Origin: Sumerlaeia bacterium
GTDB taxonomy: Bacteria > Sumerlaeota > Sumerlaeia > SLMS01 > JAHLLQ01
Assembly (NCBI GenBank): GCA_040219255.1
Contig: JAVJSW010000042.1
Location: 64,001-128,000, forward strand
Direction: 5' to 3'
Length of the DNA stretch: 64,000 nucleotides
Shown here: positions 55,873-64,000 of the stretch, one piece after another
Numbering within the stretch: the stretch's first letter is position 1
Layout: each line of letters begins with the position of its first letter
The notes under the pieces: generated by a model
The model's input: only the letters and a program-made list of their open reading frames with translations
Told to the model about the DNA's origin: nothing
Databases searched by the model: none
Position numbers and translations under genes: made by a program

Positions 55873-58050
55873 ATGCCGCCAACCTGGTCCGCACCTTATC
55901 GATTGCCGCTACTTGTCAGCCTGATGGTGGCGCTCGCCTGGGCGGCGGCGCTCTTCGGATCCGTGTGGCAGCAAAGCGGCGGCCATTTCATGCTGCCGCT
56001 CGACGATGCCTACATCCACCTGCAATACGCGAAGATGGCGGCGAAGGCCCAGCCGCTGGCCTACACCACCGGCGCCGCGCCCAGCGGCGGAGCCACCAGC
56101 CCGCTCTGGGTGCTCTCCCTGGTACCCGCGTTCCTCATTGGGTTGTTGGGGGTCAAGGGCGCGCTGGCGGCATTCCTGCTGGGCGTGCCGCTTTTCGCGG
56201 CGGGGGCGTTCCTGTGTCATCGGCTGACGACCGCCCTGACGGGCCATAGTGGGCTCGGCTATCTGGCGCTGGCTCTTTTTGCACTTAACGGTCATGCCGC
56301 GTGGGCCTTCTTCAGCGGCATGGAAACCGGTCTCTTCACCGTCCTGCTGCTCGGGGTGTTCGCGGGTCAGGCGGCGTGGTTCGGCGAAGAACGGCGAGGC
56401 GGGCTGGTCTTTTCCATCGCCTGCGCCGCGCTGCTGCCGCTCGCCCGGCCAGAAGGCGCGGGCATCGTGCTGCTTCTCATTCTGCTCAGCCTCTTCCGCC
56501 GCCGGGGCCCGACGCCGCTGAGCCCCCTCGGCTACCTGCCGGGCCTCGCACTGTTCGCGATCTGGATCGTGCTGCTGGGCCTGGCCACAGGCACCTGGAA
56601 GCCATCCGGCGCCGCCACCAAGGGCCTCTTCAGCGACCCCGAAACGACACCCTGGATCGCCCTACGGCTCGTGGGGCAGAACCTCGCGGCCATCGCCACC
56701 GATTTCTTCGCCAACCGTATCCCGGACCCAGCCTATACGGCTTTCAAGGGCAACCCGGTCATGCCCTACGTGGCCCTCGGTCTGGGCTTTCTAGCGGTGT
56801 TCGGAGGCGGATCGGCCATCATCACCGACTGGCGGACGCGGCGGCCAAGCCTTCCCTCGCTCATGGCGATTCTTTGGCTGGCGGGCCTGCTCTCCGTCAC
56901 AGCGTCGCGCTACCCCTTCATTCATCATCAGCGCTACCTCGTTCCCTGGAGCGTTCTCGCCATTCCCCTCGCCATGCTCGGTATCCGCCGCATCAGCGCC
57001 CTCTTCGGCCAGAACGACGGCCCCGCCGCCGGAGCCCTCGGCCTGCTCCTCGCAGCCACCGCCCTGCCTGCCGTCCCATGGTGGGCGGCGGAGTTCGGCC
57101 GCAATGGCCGCGACCTCTTTCATCAACACCGGGTCCTGAGCTTCGCCCTCGAAGGTCTCCCCCGCGACCAAATCCTCGCCGTCAGCGACACCGGCATCCT
57201 GATCTACTACAGCGATCTGCCCCATGCCGACGTTATCGGACTCACGTCCTCCGAGTTCACCCCCGTGGCCGCGCTCGGCGAAGGTGCGATCCTCGAACGC
57301 CTTTCCTCCTTGCCTCAGCAGCCGACCCGCATGGCCACCTACGACGAATGGTGGAGCGAAGGCTTCCCCCTCGGCGACGTGCTGACCGCCGCGGCCATCG
57401 CGGACAACAGCATCACCTCCGGAGCCGTGCTGACTCTTCGCTTGCTGCCCGCCTACTCCCCTGCCGACGCCCCCAGCACCCCCGGTCTGCGGGTAAACTG
57501 GGAACTCGATCATCTCGATCCCGCTTCGGAAGCCGTCGCCGATTACCGCTACGATCTCGATCCTCAGGATCGGCGCTACGACGTTTGGCCTTCGCCCAAT
57601 CGCCCGGCGCGAACGTATCTTGTGGATGACGATGGCTCGACCGTCACGCTGCCCGTCGCCGTCAGCGAAGGCGCCCGCTGGGTTCGCTCTGAAGAATTTC
57701 GCATTCCCGCGACAGCCATCGTCGGACTCTCGTCGCCAACCTTGCACCTGCGCATCGCCAGGGACGCCGAAGACATCGAGCCAGGACGGATTTCTTCGCG
57801 TACGCTGGTTCTTTCCTACCTTTCCGAGAACCGGCAAGGACGGGCGTGGCAGGACCTCCCACTCTCACTGCAAGGCGACGGCTGGCTGGGGGCGGCCGTC
57901 CCGCTCTCGTCGCTGGGTTTCGAGAGGGGCCAGACCGGCGGGGAGGGATCAGGCGGGCCGTTGCGAATCCGGCTGCGCTCGGCGGATCCGCGGTTCCCGG
58001 GCTGGTATGGGGCCCGCTACTGGATTGAAGGCCCAGCCGCCGCCCCATGA
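55873..58050 (+). CDS. Membrane glycosyltransferase, GT-C fold (DDAYI family)
   Basis: LPLDDAYIH, GATSPLW, SGMETGL, LARPEG, RYLVP, D.IGL; multiple TM segments plus a soluble C-domain. Confidence 0.72.
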   Translation: MPPTWSAPYRLPLLVSLMVALAWAAALFGSVWQQSGGHFMLPLDDAYIHLQYAKMAAKAQPLAYTTGAAPSGGATSPLWVLSLVPAFLIGLLGVKGALAAFLLGVPLFAAGAFLCHRLTTALTGHSGLGYLALALFALNGHAAWAFFSGMETGLFTVLLLGVFAGQAAWFGEERRGGLVFSIACAALLPLARPEGAGIVLLLILLSLFRRRGPTPLSPLGYLPGLALFAIWIVLLGLATGTWKPSGAATKGLFSDPETTPWIALRLVGQNLAAIATDFFANRIPDPAYTAFKGNPVMPYVALGLGFLAVFGGGSAIITDWRTRRPSLPSLMAILWLAGLLSVTASRYPFIHHQRYLVPWSVLAIPLAMLGIRRISALFGQNDGPAAGALGLLLAATALPAVPWWAAEFGRNGRDLFHQHRVLSFALEGLPRDQILAVSDTGILIYYSDLPHADVIGLTSSEFTPVAALGEGAILERLSSLPQQPTRMATYDEWWSEGFPLGDVLTAAAIADNSITSGAVLTLRLLPAYSPADAPSTPGLRVNWELDHLDPASEAVADYRYDLDPQDRRYDVWPSPNRPARTYLVDDDGSTVTLPVAVSEGARWVRSEEFRIPATAIVGLSSPTLHLRIARDAEDIEPGRISSRTLVLSYLSENRQGRAWQDLPLSLQGDGWLGAAVPLSSLGFERGQTGGEGSGGPLRIRLRSADPRFPGWYGARYWIEGPAAAP

Positions 58051-58283
58051 GTGGGTAAATAGGGTAACACCTGGGCCGTGAAAGGAGCATCTGAGCGCTC
58101 GGAAGGCCCCGAGGTTCACATTCAGATTTGATTTTGTTCAGTGCTATTCAAGCCCCCATCAAGGGTTGACGATTATTTGCCGCCGTGGATGGTGATGGAC
58201 CAGAACTCGCTTGCTCGAAACTTCAAGCGGTTCGTGCACCCGGGCGGACGGGGCGGATTCTATTGGTTCTGCGAGGCAATCCT

Positions 58284-60965
58284 GTGGCTCAAACTTTTGG
58301 CGTCGGTCCCTATCGCGTTCTCCTGGACGCCCGTGGCATTCGGCTCTGGCGCGAAGGCGCATCCCCCGAGGGCATCAACGGTCTGCTGATCTTCACCGTC
58401 GCCTTCGAGAACGGCGAAACGGTCGATTGCTCGGTTACGGACCTGCGCCCGCGCGATGAAGGTCTGCTCGAATTCAGCGGCCATTACCTCGACCGCATCG
58501 CGATCGAAGGCAAACTCTTCTACGATCCCGAACTCCAGGCCTTCGACATCGAGTTCACCGGGCGCCCCACAGCCCGCCGGACGCGCATCCGCCTGGGTCT
58601 CCACATGGAATTGATGGGCGAGGCGGAGCCCCGTTGGCTGATCCCCGGCCTGTTCTACAACGACAACCGGCTGCGCGATTGCCAGCGCATGTACCCCGGC
58701 TTTTCCGAAATCCACCGCGACGCCAAGCGCTTCCTGTCCAATCACTGGTGCTTTCGCAGCGACCGCGCCGCTCTTCCCGCCGTCATTTGCAGCACCTACG
58801 GCACCTGTGGCTTCCTGGCCACCGAGGGCGTCCTGCCCGCGCCCAAGGCCAGCCTGCCCCCCGGTTCCTGGGTCAGCGAAGCGATGACCGGCCTGGGCAT
58901 CGACTCGGAAGGCGGCGCGCCCAAGCTGTCCGCCTTCTTCCCCTATCTCGAAGAACCGGTGAAGTACTCCTACTGCCGCGACGACAAAACCGAACCGGAT
59001 CATCAGTTCCTCGCCGCCGACCCGGACATGCGCATCACGCTCAAGGCCAAGGCCGGTTTCATGCCCTACAAGGACGACGCCTGGATCGGCGTGTACCGCC
59101 GGCTCTACCGCGCCTCAATCCGCAAACACGGCCTGATGCCCCACGTCTCGCCCGAGGTGGCCGAAGCCGTTTCGATGGAAGGCCTGATGCGCTATCACGT
59201 CGATACGGAATCCGGGATGATTTTCGAGACCACCTGTCTCGATAAACACTACGGCCGGCGCGGGACTTTCGTGGAGCGCGATCAGATGCACTGCGGCTGG
59301 CTCGGCGGCGCTTTCCCCGCATACACGCTGCTCTGGAAGGGCCGCGAAAGCATGGAACCGTCCTGGGTGCGAGCCGCCCACCGGGTCATCGACCGCATCT
59401 GCATGGAAATGGCGCCCTGCGGAACGCTGTGGCCCCTGCACGATCTGGAGGATGGCGGCCTGCCAGGCGTCGGCCCGGACGCCGGACTCGCCCACGCCCG
59501 CACCATCGCCGAAGCCATCCTCTTCATCGTCCGCTCCATCCGCCTCGACATCTCCGTGTCCACGGTCCACTCGCGCTGGACCGACGCCATTTCGAACACA
59601 CTGGACTTCGCGGTTTCCAAGCAGCGCGAGGACGGGGCTTTCCCGGCCTACTGGAACGTGGAATCGGGCGAACCTTTCACTTACGATGGCGCCGCCGGCA
59701 TGGCATGGATCCCGGCCCTGATCGCCAGCAGCAACCTGCTCTTCCGTCCCGATTTCCGCCAGGCCGCCATCATGGCCGGCGAGTACTACTCCTCCTTCAT
59801 CGAAGATGATTTCATCTGCGGATGCCAGGAAGACCTGCCCCTCGTTCCCTCAGCGGAAGACGGCCACATGGCCGTGATCGCCTACATGCTGCTCTACGAA
59901 ATGGACCGCGACGAGCGCTGGCTCCAACTCGCACGCAAAGCCGCGGACTGGGCCCTGACCTTCCGCATGGCCTACAACGTTCAGTTTTCCCCCTGGTCCA
60001 TGCTGGCACAGGGCAACTTCCAAACCCGCGGCGGCGACATCTCCTCCGTGGCGACGCCCGTCCTCGGCGCCAGCGGCCTCCTCAGCTACCCGGAAATGCT
60101 CAAGCTTTCCGCCCTGACCCGCGACACATACTACCAGGAACGAGCCCATGAAGCCCGCCTCTTCGCAGCCCAACTCGTCGCCTGCGCCGACGGCCACTAC
60201 AACGCCCGCCAAGGCCAGACCCTCGGCCAGATTTTCCACACCGACTGGTGGCAGCCCAAGGGCAAAGCCCTCTCCCTCGCCTATGCCTGGAGCAGTTGCC
60301 TCCTGCTCTACGCGGGGTTGGTGGACCGGAACCTCGAAATCCCCGCCGCCGCTCTGGAGGGCGATGTGGACAGTATCCTCGCCGCTTCCTCCACCGCCGC
60401 CGTCGCCATAATGGGCGAGGAAGAAATGCCCGTCAGCGCTGAGGAACTACTGCGCCGCCGCAGCATGTCTCAGGTCGGGGTTCAAAAACTCAACGCCCCG
60501 CGCTCACGAACGAATGTCCAGCGCCTCGGCACCAACACACCCTTTCCCTCCTCGATCGCGGAAGCCACCCCACCGCCTACCCCCATGGCTCCCCTGCCCT
60601 CGATGCACGACCTCACGCCCGAGGACTTTGGCACCGCCACGCCGATGCCCTTCGAACGGTCCTCCAGTCCCCGCAACAAGAAGCCCCTCAGTGACCGGCA
60701 TACACCCCTCGAACGCAGCGACACCGAGGACATCGAGATCCGCTGGAACGACGCCTTCGACGACGAAGCCATCGCCCGCGAGCAGGAGGATAAGGCACCG
60801 GCCGCCAAACCGCGCATCAGCCCGGAGCTTCAACAAGAATTCTCCGGCGGCAATCTTCTCAGCGGCCTTCTCGACGAACTCAAATCCGCCAAGAAGCATA
60901 CCACCCTGTCCGAACTCGGAGACGAACCGACCGGCCACATCGACCGGTCGAAGTTTATCGAGTGA
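58284..60965 (+). CDS. Uncharacterised protein with probable (alpha/alpha)6 six-hairpin glycosidase-like domain and disordered tail
   Basis: Long ORF with typical codons; QREDGAFP, SAEDG, ARKAADWALTF helical-toroid-like motifs; start (GTG 58284) uncertain. Confidence 0.55.
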   Translation: MAQTFGVGPYRVLLDARGIRLWREGASPEGINGLLIFTVAFENGETVDCSVTDLRPRDEGLLEFSGHYLDRIAIEGKLFYDPELQAFDIEFTGRPTARRTRIRLGLHMELMGEAEPRWLIPGLFYNDNRLRDCQRMYPGFSEIHRDAKRFLSNHWCFRSDRAALPAVICSTYGTCGFLATEGVLPAPKASLPPGSWVSEAMTGLGIDSEGGAPKLSAFFPYLEEPVKYSYCRDDKTEPDHQFLAADPDMRITLKAKAGFMPYKDDAWIGVYRRLYRASIRKHGLMPHVSPEVAEAVSMEGLMRYHVDTESGMIFETTCLDKHYGRRGTFVERDQMHCGWLGGAFPAYTLLWKGRESMEPSWVRAAHRVIDRICMEMAPCGTLWPLHDLEDGGLPGVGPDAGLAHARTIAEAILFIVRSIRLDISVSTVHSRWTDAISNTLDFAVSKQREDGAFPAYWNVESGEPFTYDGAAGMAWIPALIASSNLLFRPDFRQAAIMAGEYYSSFIEDDFICGCQEDLPLVPSAEDGHMAVIAYMLLYEMDRDERWLQLARKAADWALTFRMAYNVQFSPWSMLAQGNFQTRGGDISSVATPVLGASGLLSYPEMLKLSALTRDTYYQERAHEARLFAAQLVACADGHYNARQGQTLGQIFHTDWWQPKGKALSLAYAWSSCLLLYAGLVDRNLEIPAAALEGDVDSILAASSTAAVAIMGEEEMPVSAEELLRRRSMSQVGVQKLNAPRSRTNVQRLGTNTPFPSSIAEATPPPTPMAPLPSMHDLTPEDFGTATPMPFERSSSPRNKKPLSDRHTPLERSDTEDIEIRWNDAFDDEAIAREQEDKAPAAKPRISPELQQEFSGGNLLSGLLDELKSAKKHTTLSELGDEPTGHIDRSKFIE

Positions 60966-60968
60966 CCC

Positions 60969-62429
60969 TTATCCGGGTGAGGATTCCGTTTCGCCTCCCT
61001 CGCCCTTGTCCTTAAGTAGCTCGTCGCGCGCCGAATCCCAGGCGGCCAGCCGCTCGGATATACGCGACTCCATCCCGCGATTCTTGGGTTCGTAGATGCG
61101 GGTGCCCGCCAGAGCGTCCGGCAGACCCTGCTTGGGGACGAAGGCCCCCTCCGCATCGTGATCGTAGGAATACCCGGCGCCGTACCCAAGGTCCTTCATC
61201 AGTCCCGTGGGCGCGTTGCGGATTTCGAGTGGTACCGGCAGCGTCCCAGTCTCCTCGATGAGGGCCCGGGCCTTCTTGTGCGCGGCGTAAACGGCATTGG
61301 ACTTCGGCGCGCAGGCCAGGTAGATCGCCAACTGAGTCACGAAGATATCCCCCTCTGGAGAGCCGATTTTCTCGTAGGCCTGCTGGCAAGCGACCGCATG
61401 CGTCAGCGCCCCCGGATCGGCGAGTCCGATATCCTCCGCCGCGGCACGCACCAGCCGCCGCAGCAGATAGCGCGGGTCCTCTCCACCGGCCATCATCCGC
61501 ATCGCGTAGTACGCCGCGCCGTGCGGGTCCGACGAACGAATCGTCTTGTGCAGAGCACTGATGACGTTGAAGTGCTCTTCGCCTTGCCGGTCGTAGATCA
61601 AGTGTCGCTGTGAGACGCCCTTGACCATTTCTACGGTCAGCGCGCTGGCTCCGCCGGCACCGGTTTCCCCGCCTTCCCGCGTCCGCGCGAGGTCGACCGC
61701 CAGTTCCAGCAAGCCGAGCGCCCGCCGCGCGTCGCCGTCGCTCATGCCGACGATGGCCTTCAGCGCATCCGGCGCCGCTTCCACCGGAGCATGACCCTCG
61801 GCCCCGGCTGTCGCATTGAGTTCCCCCAGCGCCCGCTCCAGAAGCCGCGTCAGGTTCTCCTCATCGAGCGAGGAAAGGACGAACACCCGCGACCGCGACA
61901 GCAACGGAGCCACCACCGAGAAGCTGGGGTTCTCCGTCGTGGCGCCGATCAACGTCAACAGACCGCTCTCCACGTGGGGAAGGAGCGCGTCCTGCTGGGT
62001 TCGGCTGAAGCGGTGGATTTCATCGAGGAAAAGCACGGTCTTCCGGGCATATTGCCGGTTGACCTTGGCGTTGTCCACCACGCGGCGGATGTCTTTGACG
62101 CCAGCGCTGACGGCCGAGAGGATCAGGAAATCGGCTTGCGTGTGTTGCGCGATCAATTGGGCGAGCGTGGTCTTGCCGCTGCCCGGCGGGCCCCACAGCA
62201 TCATTGAAGGAATGCGGTCCCGATCGATCAGGCGCCTGAGCGGCGCACCTTCGCCCACCAGCTTCTCCTGGCCGAGAAAGTCATCGAAGCGGCGGGGCCG
62301 CATCCGGTCCGCCAGGGGCCGCGAGCCACCCATGCGGCCGCCGTCCACCGGCACGGGGCCGGGCTGGCCGGAGAGGCTCCGGCGCCGTTCCTCATCGAAT
62401 CCGTCTTCACCAAATAAATCGTCGCTCAT
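60969..62429 (-). CDS. rarA: Replication-associated recombination protein A (AAA+ ATPase)
   Basis: PLADRMRP, LWGPPGSGKTT, FLDEIHRF, GATTENPSF, DGDAR, ISALHK, EDIGLADP, PKSN. Confidence 0.96.
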   Translation of the reverse strand: MSDDLFGEDGFDEERRRSLSGQPGPVPVDGGRMGGSRPLADRMRPRRFDDFLGQEKLVGEGAPLRRLIDRDRIPSMMLWGPPGSGKTTLAQLIAQHTQADFLILSAVSAGVKDIRRVVDNAKVNRQYARKTVLFLDEIHRFSRTQQDALLPHVESGLLTLIGATTENPSFSVVAPLLSRSRVFVLSSLDEENLTRLLERALGELNATAGAEGHAPVEAAPDALKAIVGMSDGDARRALGLLELAVDLARTREGGETGAGGASALTVEMVKGVSQRHLIYDRQGEEHFNVISALHKTIRSSDPHGAAYYAMRMMAGGEDPRYLLRRLVRAAAEDIGLADPGALTHAVACQQAYEKIGSPEGDIFVTQLAIYLACAPKSNAVYAAHKKARALIEETGTLPVPLEIRNAPTGLMKDLGYGAGYSYDHDAEGAFVPKQGLPDALAGTRIYEPKNRGMESRISERLAAWDSARDELLKDKGEGGETESSPG

Positions 62430-62499
62430 TCTATGCTGGCTCCATCCCGCCGTTTCTGCTCCGATTCCAGCAAAGGACTCCGGCAGGATCAAGGCAGCC

Positions 62500-62528
62500 T
62501 TGACATCCTAGACGAGTCTCCTCAGATT
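62500..62528 (+). promoter_or_regulatory. Putative sigma70 promoter for the FHA-GAF-HD-GYP gene
   Basis: Perfect TTGACA, 17-nt spacer, weak -10 CAGATT; about 45 nt upstream of the GTG start. Confidence 0.4.
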
Positions 62529-62573
62529 TCAGCGAAATCAACCATTCCGCATGCGAGTCAGGTTGCGCTATCC

Positions 62574-64000
62574 GTGGCTACCCAGCAGAAACTCCGATTG
62601 GTCGCCCGCTCCGGACCTCAACAAGGCCGAATCTTCTCTCTCTGCGAAGAGCGCATCGCCCTCGGCCGCGACGCCTCCTGCGAACTGCGCCTCGACGACC
62701 CGAAGGTCTCGCGCATTCACGCCTTCTTCGAACGAAAAGACGACGAAGTTTACTTCCGCGATAACCGGTCGACCAACGGCTCGCTCATCAACGGCGTCCG
62801 CGTAACCCAGCAGAAAGTCAACCCGGGCGATATCGTCCAGGTGGGTGGCACCGAATTCGCCGTCATGGAAGACGACGAGTTCACCACCATCCAGTTCATC
62901 TCCGGCGAATCGGTCGTCACCCATTCGGTCGAGGCCAACTCCGTCACACCTGACAAACTGGCCGAGAAATTCGCCAGCGTGTTCGCCCAATACTCGGACA
63001 TCCGGCCCAAGCCGGGCCAGGAAATCCCGCGTCAAATTCGCCTCGTCGGCGGTATCAAAGCCCTCTTCCGCATGTCCCACAAACTGTCCCAACTCTTGCC
63101 GATGGAGGAGTTGATGCATGTGGTGGCGGATGGCGTTTTCGAGATGTTCCCGGGAGCGGAGAACGTGGCCGTGCTGCTGCGCGATCCCGACGCGGGCCGC
63201 ATCACGTCGCGCTTCGCGCGCAATCGCTCGGGCGAGCAAACCCTCACGCTCCAAATCTCCTCCACGGTTCTCAACCGCGCCATTCAGGACAAGAGCACCG
63301 TCCTCGCCAATGACGCCAGCAGCGATCAGCGCTTCTCGGCCAGCGAGTCGATTCTCGGCTTCGAAGTCAAATCCGTCGTCTGCGCGCCGCTCGTTGCCGC
63401 GGATAAGGCCATCGGCGCCATCTACCTGGACAACCGCGCGAAGGAAATGCGCTACGACGAGTTCGACTCCGAACTCATCACCGCCTACGCCAACCAATGC
63501 GCCGTGGCCGTCAACAATTGCCGCCTTTGTGACGATCTGCAGGAATCCTATCACCAGATGCTCCAATCGCTGGTGAATGCCATCGAAGCCAAAGACCCCT
63601 ACACCGCCGGCCACACCCAGCGCGTGAAAGAGCACACCATCGGCATCGCCCAGGAACTGGATTTCGAGCCCGACCGGCTGGTGCGCCTGGAGATGGCCGC
63701 CGAACTGCACGATATCGGCAAGATCGCCCTGGAGGACGGCCTGATCAACAAACCCGGCCGCCTGACCGAAACGGAATTCCACACCATCAAATCGCATGTG
63801 GAAATGGGCGAGAAAATCCTGCAGCCCATCACATACCTGCGCGACCTGCTTCCCTGGATCCGCGGCCATCACGAACGCTGGGACGGCAAAGGTTATCCCG
63901 ACGGACGCAGGGGCGAGCAGACGCCCCTGGAGGGACGCATCCTCGCCGTTGCCGACTCCTTCGACGCCATGACGTCCCAGCGGTCCTACAACAAACCGAT
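62574..64000 (+). CDS. FHA-GAF-HD-GYP cyclic-di-nucleotide phosphodiesterase (3'-truncated; absent from the ORF track)
   Basis: Own translation: LGRDASC..LDDPKVSRIHA..STNG (FHA); SVVCAPL..GAIYLDN (GAF); AKDPYTAGHTQRV, LHDIGKI, HHERWDGKGYP, ILAVADSFDAMTS (HD-GYP). Confidence 0.9.
   Translation, partial: MATQQKLRLVARSGPQQGRIFSLCEERIALGRDASCELRLDDPKVSRIHAFFERKDDEVYFRDNRSTNGSLINGVRVTQQKVNPGDIVQVGGTEFAVMEDDEFTTIQFISGESVVTHSVEANSVTPDKLAEKFASVFAQYSDIRPKPGQEIPRQIRLVGGIKALFRMSHKLSQLLPMEELMHVVADGVFEMFPGAENVAVLLRDPDAGRITSRFARNRSGEQTLTLQISSTVLNRAIQDKSTVLANDASSDQRFSASESILGFEVKSVVCAPLVAADKAIGAIYLDNRAKEMRYDEFDSELITAYANQCAVAVNNCRLCDDLQESYHQMLQSLVNAIEAKDPYTAGHTQRVKEHTIGIAQELDFEPDRLVRLEMAAELHDIGKIALEDGLINKPGRLTETEFHTIKSHVEMGEKILQPITYLRDLLPWIRGHHERWDGKGYPDGRRGEQTPLEGRILAVADSFDAMTSQRSYNKP

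Overview
High-GC bacterial chromosomal window with about 40 genes, mostly housekeeping and cell-envelope functions. Core genes: queD, apgM-type phosphoglycerate mutase, hprK, grpE, HU, mnmG, a SpoIID/LytB protein, tRNA-Leu(UAA), a bshB1-like deacetylase, glnE and rarA/mgsA. I found no CRISPR array, rRNA, transposase or integrase. The strongest candidate for an undescribed system is a ~14.6 kb co-oriented, tightly packed operon (24907-39552). It encodes a secreted SH3-like protein, an M48 metalloprotease lipoprotein, a 1538-aa AsmA/YdbH-like bridge protein, a DUF1318 (YdbL-like) lipoprotein, and a ~2600-aa exported PD40-TPR-CHAT caspase-like protease with an intact His/Cys dyad and an internal degenerate duplication. 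Other oddities: a CapD/PglF dehydratase fused to GT2 domains through an acidic linker; a PPIase with a LysM-like insertion; an RCK-gated voltage-sensor channel lacking the GYG filter; an FHA-GAF-HD-GYP gene at the right edge that the ORF track misses; a modular Lys-C-type protease; and dispersed REP-like intergenic repeats. All family assignments come from motif recognition by eye, not from database searches. Several start codons were moved downstream of the ORF-track starts.
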